64,000 nt of DNA from the human T2T-CHM13v2.0 reference genome, Homo sapiens, in NCBI RefSeq assembly GCF_009914755.1, contig NC_060928.1. One strand, 5' to 3'. Position 1 is the stretch's first letter. Each line of letters opens with the position of its first letter. The notes beneath the pieces are model-generated. The model saw only the letters and a program-made list of their open reading frames with translations. It was not told the DNA's origin and searched no databases. The position numbers and the translations under genes are program-made. Shown here in pieces: positions 55,344-64,000 of the stretch.

Positions 55344-56789
55344 GGTCATCTTGTTAACTTTGAGAGATTGACCGAAAATTTAGTCAATGATGCCACTATC
55401 ACCATTGGTCTTAAAACCTACTGGGAAACAGTAGAATAGTGGGTTTTGCAAGGTAGGAACAAGGACTGAGTAGAGGGTACCTCCTTATGCTAGAACATCC
55501 TGTTTACAGGAGGAAAGCAAAATCTGGTCTGTTCTAGGACCTATGTGTTTCCTTAAAGTCTTAGTTTGATTATGTCACATTTAGTATGAGCAACTCCATT
55601 TTAGTTTGGTCTGGTCTGTTGGTGCCTAGGGCATTAACTCAATCCAAAACAATGGCCTCCCATAATTTTGTAGCAAAGATTCCCCTTTTTGGCCAGGTAG
55701 GTGAGAGTGTGACCAAAACTTAGGACCTTAGCACCACTCTCAGTTACCATCATTTTGGGTTTCCAGTCTCAGCATATCTTTCAGAGGTTATGGTGCTCTC
55801 ATGGTCACACATTTCTTTCAGCTCTTGTCAAGAGAGACCAGTTGAAGAGAGACCATTTGACATTCTAAAGATGGCTGCATCCAAACAGTTAAAACTTTGA
55901 GAGAATACAGAGCACAGGGAGACTACTATCTGACTGTCAGGAGGATAATACCAAGAGTTTGGAGTACGCTCCTCATCCAGAATCCCCATAAAACCAACCC
56001 ATCTAAAATAAAATAGATCAAAGAATGAGCTAGATAAAGATAAAGATGAAATTATTTATCTAGCTTAAAGACTTTAGGTCTTCATTAATCCCCTAAAAAT
56101 AAATCTCTATAATCTACATTTGATATATTTCTTCATAGGCCACAAGTACCAGCAGCTGCACAGATACTCTTGTTTAGCCAATAAGTAATCTAGAGCAATT
56201 CTATTGTTTAGCAGAACTTTCACAAGAGAATTTAAAGTCTGTCATGTAACCATACCCTTTACAGTAGAATCTGCTATAAAGCCCATCATGAGGGATACAT
56301 TTCTAATCATTGCTTCTTTTACTCCAACCCAAGGAAAAAGTAACTAACAAATGATGCCCTTCTAGAAGAGTGAAGACCTCCTGCCAATGTTCTCTTTAAC
56401 CCATGATATAGGTTAAGAGGAGTGAAACAGTGTTCTGTTTCTGACTGATTTTAAGGCAATGTATGTACCATTAAAGTTTCTCACCTACACTGGGCCTTCA
56501 TCTTTCAGCTATCAAGATATTAAGTTATTCATGTATAAGGCTGGCTGCAAAATCCTTTACAAATAAAAGTATACTACATAAGCACACACAACAGACCATA
56601 TTTTCACTTCTATTTTTCGTAGAGGCATAAACAGGAGAAAAATATTCAAAGATAAATGTCTCATGATCGTAAGGAAGTCTTGATCTGTGATCTTGGGAAA
56701 AGCTGTTAACATCAAGGATGCCATCATCTTCTGGGAAGAAGCTTCCCTGATTAGCTTTACTTTAAAATGGTGTACACTAATAGGTGTTC

Positions 56790-56938
56790 AGTTCCAAGAG
56801 TGTGGAGGAACCCTTCTCAGTTGTGAGATTATTAACCCAAGGTTCAAGGTCCTGAAGTTTTGCTGTAGTATGGATGGCAAGGGTAGTCGTCTTCTGATGT
56901 TCTCAGAAGATTCAATCTTTTTGTTCTAGATTGCGAAG
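56790..56938 (-). pseudogene. Decayed retroviral integrase C-terminal remnant
   Basis: Hand translation LRNLEQKD*IF*EHQKTTTLAIHTTAKLQDLEPWVN/ISQLRRVP resembles the gammaretroviral IN C-terminus (..PGDWV..TAxKL.G..PWIHxS.LK). Confidence 0.6.
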
Positions 56939-59900
56939 GGGTTCATTGTGTCCTCAGGGAACCATAAAAAGCTTTCTTTGTCTGGTGAAAATAGACTGTG
57001 GCATAATAATCTTCTTTTATAACATTTGTCTGCTTGCATGGGAAATCCCTTCTACAACCAGAAAACGTGCATTGAAAATTAAAATTGATGAAATCCCTGT
57101 GTAAATGCTTAAATGGCTCATTGGGTAGTCAAAACTGCAGCTTTGATTGTCTTCCCAGGAATATGGATTTGACAAACCAAACATTAGTCATAAACTGTTT
57201 TAGCAATTTAGAAATCACCAAACCAATATATTTTTAATATGGATCACTTTATCTTTTCAATGATGAGTCACAGAATGTACAACCTTTAATAACAAAATAT
57301 TTAAGGACTCAGGAAAGAGAAGGTGGCTGCCCTGGTCCATGCTTAATTAACATTGGCCTTATGTTCTCATGAATACCAGTTGTTTCTCCAATTTAAGTAC
57401 ATAGCACTGATGACTGATGGGTTGTCATAGGCAATTTGACTTAGACCATGGAGTTCCTTCAAATTGTATATCTAAACATTTTCAGTGTCAGCTGATTTAG
57501 CATGAACATCTGGCAAAGTATTTTCTTGGTATTCAATTAATTTTTGTTCTACTTGGGTTAGCAGTTTTATTAAAAAAGTCAGTCTTTTTGTTAAAGTTCC
57601 AGAAATTTTTACCCAGTCCAAATGATATGATTCTAAAGTTACTAGAAACCTGTATTCAAGAGTGCTTTTCAGGGTCCATTATATTATTTCACAAATATCC
57701 TAAAAAACACCATTTTCTAGGATTTTCTTTGCTTGTGAAGCTTTCAGAATCTGCAACAGCATTAAACAGTTAACTGTGGAAATGACTTTAAATAGTCATA
57801 GTTGAAAACACAATTAACAAGGAAATGTGATTTTTTCTGTGGTCTACAATAACAACATAATAATCATAATTATGATTGATAGCATACTCAGAAATTGAAA
57901 TTATACAAATTCCATACAATTTTGGGACACATATTAATATCAATCACTAAAATATAACCTGAAGAAGGTTAAACATTATTTTTTATTTTGACAATGCTTT
58001 CCATGTAACTTAGCATGTCAAATAATCCTGTTTACTCCTCTTTTGGATGTTTCAGGGGCCCTCTGTACTATCCCAAAGTTAGAGGTCAGAAAAGACCATT
58101 TTGAAGCTGAAATTTGATTTTAGAAGCCTATCAAATATGTTAAAAGTTTAAAACACTTGATATTATGAAATAGAATTCCACGTCACCATAAGTCATTCAT
58201 TTAGCCAAAATTATGACTCAAAAATTTTAAAAAGTCAAAAACCTTTACTCATTGATAGAGGGAAGACTTAGCTTTTCAAACAATTTGCCTCTCGTCTTTC
58301 CCCTTTTTTGCTAGTTTATTCAAAAAGCAAACAAAAACCTTTCATTATCTTTTAATATTACATGAAAATTTTGTTCAAGAGAGAAAGTCAAATTTCACCC
58401 TTTCACTAGAGTACTATTAACGTCAATGCCAATCTTTAATAAAACCTAACAGACAAATTGATTCAATCTTAATCGGCTTGACCATAAGGTGAGATTCTGA
58501 TAAACCTTTTATAACCTTTTACAAATTTTTGTTAAAGAGCTGATCAGTGCTTTAAGAAGACCCTGTTGAGCTTTCTTTCAATGTTCAATCTACAGAAAAA
58601 CTGAACAATACTCCTTTAAATTTAACTAATATGTTCACACACAGGATTTAGTTTATAAGATTAATTTTTTTACAAATCTTCCACAACTTGCTCAAACCTT
58701 TAGCTTCATCTTACCTAATTTAAAACAATCCTTTAGCCATCTAAACTATGCAAAAAATTTACATTCCTTTGCCTTCTGATAATGTTTTACCAAAAACACT
58801 TTTAACTTCTCCTCACACACCTCGCATGTAAAAATGTTTTTTCAGTAGTTTCTACTACATGTTATAATGGTAACTCTTAGCAATTTTTAATTTTGTTGAA
58901 AAACCTGGTAAGTTATGTTTATTATGTTCTAGCTGTGGAGCCAAGGACACCATACAGAAGTGCAGATGAGGTCTGACTCTTTTCAGCATAGCTGGGGACA
59001 TGGGTAACTTCACATGTCCCCAGGCCTTATTTAGAATCTAATAGCTCTGAAGCATTTAAGTTGAACAACTTTCAGAAGTCAAAGGAGTTTATGACCTTAA
59101 AGCATATAGTAAACCTAATATCTACCCTGCTTAATTTAGACTAAATCCCTTTATTTTACCAATAATCTTTAAAACTCTTTGTTTCCGAAAGTTTACTAAG
59201 GTGACATGAACTAAAAGGTATTAGTTTTTATTTTTCTAACAAAATGTTAAAGCACTTATTTTTCTTTAAGCCAATTAATTAGAACTCTTTTATATAAACA
59301 TCACACACACAATACATATATAACTACACAGAAAGACAGAAGATCCAGTAGTTGTAGGATGTTTCATTTGCCAGTTTTTAAGTTTCTTAATTGGATTATT
59401 CACTTTAGGTGGAGTCCGTGGAGGAAGATAGCTAGGAAAACATGCAGTTTCTAGAGCCTAATAAGCAGGCACAGCTGGAAGGAAAAAACAGATCCCCCAA
59501 ATTAAGGTTCCCATTTATATATCTCATCCTGGATCCCCCAAAAGAGGGAAGTGCTATGGAAGAAGACAGTGCAATGCTTTTACCCTGCATTTTATTGCAA
59601 AGCAACCCAAAGCTTATCACCTCATTCTGTGATTATCCCATTGCCCATGGTAGTCTTCTCTCAGTGGGAGTGGGGACATTTCCATACTTCCTAGGTGGTC
59701 AAGAGCATGCTTCTTTGACCCAAAGGTGCAAAGAGCTGAGTGTTCTCCCATAACTGCCATTAGCCATCCCTAAAGTATATTTAGCCTTCGTTTATAAAAG
59801 GGATCTATTTGCTTTCAGTTGCTGGGGTTTTATGAGGAAATCAGAGATTTTTCCTAAAACTGGGTATGTGGTGCTTCTTCTGTTTTTCCCAAGGAGTCCT

Positions 59901-62199
59901 AGGCTATTAGAAGTTATCATACATCCTCTCATGTGCATTAAGAGTAGCAAGAGAAAATGGAGAAAAACAGTTCTGTCAGCTGAGAAGAAAATAACCCTTT
60001 TTTCCAGAAAAAAAAAACACAGATTTAAGAAAAGAAAAAAAAACATAAAGTCCTTTTAAATTATATATATATATAACTTGGATATCCACTTTTAATTAAG
60101 CTGACTTTTCACCACAGCACTCTTTAAAAAAAAGTCCTTTTAAATTTTTTATTACCTGACTCCAGCCAGGCCAAACAGCCAATATTTCTGCTTTTAAAGT
60201 TTAGCAAAGGTAACCTCACAGGTGAAAGTAACAAGCCTCAATTAAGGTTATGACTTAACCACGAGTGTATGAGGTATTTTCATAGAGGTGGTTAACAGTT
60301 TTTACAAGATCTAGAATCTCCAAAGGTAGCTCAGTGAAAGAAATTCAAGATGGTTTGTGTAGGGGAAAAGAATCAAAATAAAGGTCACACAGATATCCAA
60401 ACAGAAAGGACTCATTCCCTAAGCCAGGATTGAATCCAAGCCACCATTGTAAAATGGCAAAGCCTTAGCTTCTGAGCTACAGCATTGGGCAGTTGCCCTT
60501 CCCAGAAAAAGACTAGAGCAGTCAATTTTGAGCTTGCAATGGCTTCTAACTACTCAAGATAATTTTGAGAGTTAACCATGACATGAACCCCAAAATTCCT
60601 GTTCCCTAGATGGCAGAGACCAAGAGAGAGTACTACCACATGGTTACAAGGCCAAGCTCCCAGGGACATAAAACAAGAAAAAGATTTCATCCAGTTTTTT
60701 GTTTGTTTCAGGGACCTGCAGCAAAGTTTGTTACTTACCAGTTGCTGGGCCATCTCGAACAGCAAGCTTATGGGATCCTAAGCCCGTGTTCTATCCTAAG
60801 GCACCCCACTCCATGATAGAGTGACACAGAAAGACAAATTCATAGCACAGAGTACACTAGATTCACTACAGCTTAAGACTAGACTCTCAAATCGTTTTTC
60901 TCATTAATTAAAACTTTGCAAGAGATACTGATTTTTTACCATTCCCACAACCAGTTTGCAAAGACATAGAATGAGAAAGAGAGACAGAAGCATTGCTTGC
61001 AGCAGGATGGGGAAGGTGAGGATTTCAGGGAGGCAAGAGAAAGACCCACCCATTACAGCAATACTGAATCAAAGTTCAGGTGGCCATTTGTCAGTTGCAA
61101 ATAGCTCTTTTCCAGCAGTCCCATTACCTCTCAGGTTTCCCCTTTTGAGGAGAAAAAGCTCCCCATATTCGATGATTCTTTACGTGCCTAATCCTCTCAC
61201 TCATAGCCATCAGCAATAAGTGTAAGACAGATTAATGCAAAGAGAATAGCAGTTAAAATCCCATAAGACAAGTCAATTTTTAACCAAGAGAGACTTTACT
61301 GAGAGGAGGACCTCTAAACCTATCCCATCCTTTACTCAGGAAAAATGTATCCATTACTGACCCAAAGTCAGTCAATTGGTGCTGCAGTCTATTTCCTTTG
61401 GATCTGGATAGTAACTAAGCTAAAAAGTTAACAGGTTTAATTTTTTTTTTTATCAATTAGTTGCTTAAGTTTTTATTTGCCTATTATAAAGTCTTCAAAT
61501 AAAAACACTGAAATCTTTTTAGAAGTTTCTGCTTATCAATAGACATCCCGAGATGAGACTAATTTGGAAACCGTCATTTTCAAATGCACTTCAGTGCAGT
61601 TTTGTTCATTTGGAACATTCCACTGTAAGTTATCTTTAGTAATATTTCACCACTTCTGCAAGACTTTGCTACATCTGAGGCCTAACACTTAGGCATGTAT
61701 AAGCCGGAAGGAACTCAGTTCTTCAGAAATTAAGATCCCATTTTTACCTAAGTTATTGGCCTTACTCGCAGGTTCCCTTGATTAACTTTTTCCTACCTAA
61801 GTGTACAAGAAAAATGAAACACAAGGGTAGAACACAAAAATCCCTGCAAATTTCTAAAAGCCAAATTTTACACCCCCTGCAATATTGCCATTTACTACCA
61901 GTTTCTTTCTGACCCAAATGTAAGAGGCCTCTAACTGGATCCAACCAGTTAATTACCATATCAAATCTGATCCCAGACCCAGTCCAGTTTCTGCCATGAC
62001 TTCCAAACCCAGTTTGAAACAGAAATTTGCTCAAAGAAACTCAGAGACCTGAAAACGCAAATCTGTGAAACTCTGAAATCCAAGAGAGAACTTATGAGGA
62101 TCCCTGCTGCTCCAAGAGATCAACAGACACAAATGGGTCTTGTGGATACCTCACCTGGTCACTCAGCGCTCCTGGGGGTGGTTGGAAGCTCTACTTTGG

Positions 62200-62217
62200 A
62201 TCCCACCTCTTACACCA
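62200..62217 (-). promoter_or_regulatory. Primer-binding site (tRNA-Leu type)
   Basis: Minus strand TGGTGTAAGAGGTGGGAT, 2 nt after the 5' LTR. Matches the recalled tRNA-Leu complement TGGTGTCAGAAGTGGGAT at 16/18. Confidence 0.8.
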
Positions 62218-62219
62218 TC

Positions 62220-62618
62220 TGATAAAAGATAAACATCAGCTGAATTAAATTTAAAGGAGTTTAATTGAACAATGAGCAATTTGCAAATCTGGCGGCCTTC
62301 CCAGCCATAGCAGGCTGGGAGACTCCAGCGCAGCCACATGGTGGAACAAGATTTATGGACAGAAAAAGGAAAGTGAGGTAAAGAAAATGGAAGTGAGGTA
62401 CAAAAATAGCTGGGTTTGTGACAGCTCAGCATTTGCCATATTTGAACACAGACTGAACAGTTGGCTGCATTTGATTGGCCAAAACTTGGTAGTTGACAAA
62501 AGAGTAGGTTACCATCTGTTTACACCCCCAGTTCTTATAGTTCACTATGTACAAAAAACCCTTTAGGCCAAACTTAAAATACGCAAGGAGGCGGCTTTAG
62601 GCTAAACATGATTCAACA
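62220..62618 (-). repeat. 5' LTR (MER57A-like)
   Basis: TG...CA bounded direct repeat of 54936-55330, with minus-strand CCAAT boxes and an ATTAAA poly(A) signal. Confidence 0.9.
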
Positions 62619-64000
62619 ATAGCAATGAGATATGTTAGGAACCAGTAGATGGACAAAAAAGAATGCTTTATTGGTCCAAAGTATCTCAGGAATAATGCCT
62701 TCTTAAAATCACCATGGCACATGAATCTGACAAAAAAATATACAAACCCAAAACCTAAACAATGATATTTGTTGTTAACAAATCACATTTACAAGGTCAG
62801 GAAAACTACAAGTTAAGTGGATAATTTAGAAATAATACGTGTAGACCATCTAGCCCAGTAACATGCTCAGAGTTGGCACTTAATAAAACATCTGTTTGTA
62901 TTACAATTATTTAATTAAATCATGTATATTGTGGCAAAAATAATTTTTATTGCTTTGTAATCTTACATGATAACATTTTAAGAAGTAACTACCTCTGCTA
63001 GGCATGCAAATTCTAAAGGCAGACATATTTACAAAGCTAAAGGTCTCATTGTTTCAGATTTAAAATCAACAAAAGAAAATAGGCTTAATTTGTTCAATTT
63101 TGCTTAATTTTCAGCCTAGAATTCTGCCTATTTCTTCAGTTAAGAAATATCAGTCTAAGGCCTTCTTCATTCATATCTCTTTCCCTTTTTTTATGATATA
63201 GCTTCTAGTTACAAGGAAATGTTTGAAAATATTATGGGAGTGGGGGCTGGCCTCTAGTCTTTTATCTTACAACTTTTAGAAAACAAAACAAAACAAAAAC
63301 AGCTATGACTCAAGAACTCTAAAGTTGACTCAATACTTAAATTTTGGAATTCAGAATATGCTGTTCTCTGTCATGTGAATGGCTCTTGCTATTATGTTAT
63401 TTGTTCCTATTGTCTACTAACCTGTTTCGTAAAAGACTGTTTTGAAGATCAAAGCTGTACTCTCTCTATTTTCTTTGCTATGTTCTGCCTTCCCCCATAA
63501 GAAATCAGTGGCTCAGCTTTAATAGGTTCAGGGTTAAAAGGCAACAGATATTGCTAGAAATAAGAATTACCTAAGTTAATATTTAAAATGTATTGCTATT
63601 ACATATGATTAGCATCTAAAAAAGACAACAAATGCTATTAGGGCCTGGTAATGGGCACTTCTCTTTGTAAGGGTGGAAGAAAGTCTGTTGACTCCCCTTA
63701 ATAGTGGGAGACTTTCCACTCAAAAACAAGGTTATTAGAACCTCCATTTAGATGATTACATGTTTCTAAAGACAATATCATATAGGTGGGGATATTTTCA
63801 AGAGTTTTAAAAGCATGGAGTTGAAGGCTTTATTTGTCATGTTTTTATTTTAAAATATCAATTCAATACCCTGTATTACTGACTATCTCAAGTAATGTTA
63901 TAAAGTAGGTTTGGAAGGCCTAAAATTTGAAAATATAAAGAAATGACTTTTAGCAGTACATCAATACCTGGCTGAAATTCTGGTAAACTGTTTAAAGAGG

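Larger units (their letters stand above)
54936..62618 (-). mobile_element. Complete two-LTR endogenous retrovirus, MER57A-type (ERV1, MER4 group), non-coding
   Basis: Direct-repeat LTRs at 54936-55330 and 62220-62618, perfect 4-bp TSD ATAG (54932-54935 / 62619-62622), PBS next to the right LTR and PPT next to the left LTR. No long ORFs in the ~6.9-kb interior. Confidence 0.92.

Noticed and set aside
59432-62432. Short ORFs in the ERV interior and LTR as gag/env candidates
   Set aside because: No MHR, zinc knuckle, protease, YxDD or env ISD motif is recognisable, and many are on the wrong strand.

Overview
AT-rich, gene-poor primate (very probably human) intergenic DNA made mostly of interspersed repeats. 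No prokaryotic features, RNA genes or intact host exon structure were found. Main elements: (1) a complete processed pseudogene of NT5C3A (cytosolic 5'-nucleotidase IIIA, 336-aa N-anchored isoform) on the minus strand at 39761-41469, with target-site duplication (TSD), short poly(A) and only one disabling +1 frameshift; (2) a complete two-LTR MER57A-type ERV1 provirus on the minus strand at 54936-62618, with a 4-bp TSD, tRNA-Leu primer-binding site (PBS), polypurine tract (PPT) and a decayed integrase remnant; (3) Alu, L1, L2, MIR, CR1, MaLR, ERVL and MER58 relics and several short tandem duplications. The most unusual structure is a ~550-bp TSD-flanked composite at 12016-12583. It looks like a retrocopy of an L1 antisense-promoter (ORF0-region) chimeric, polyadenylated transcript. 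Also unusual is a TSD-flanked AluY whose right arm is replaced by a fold-back copy (49177-49367). Repeat family names come from recalled consensus sequences, not from a database search.
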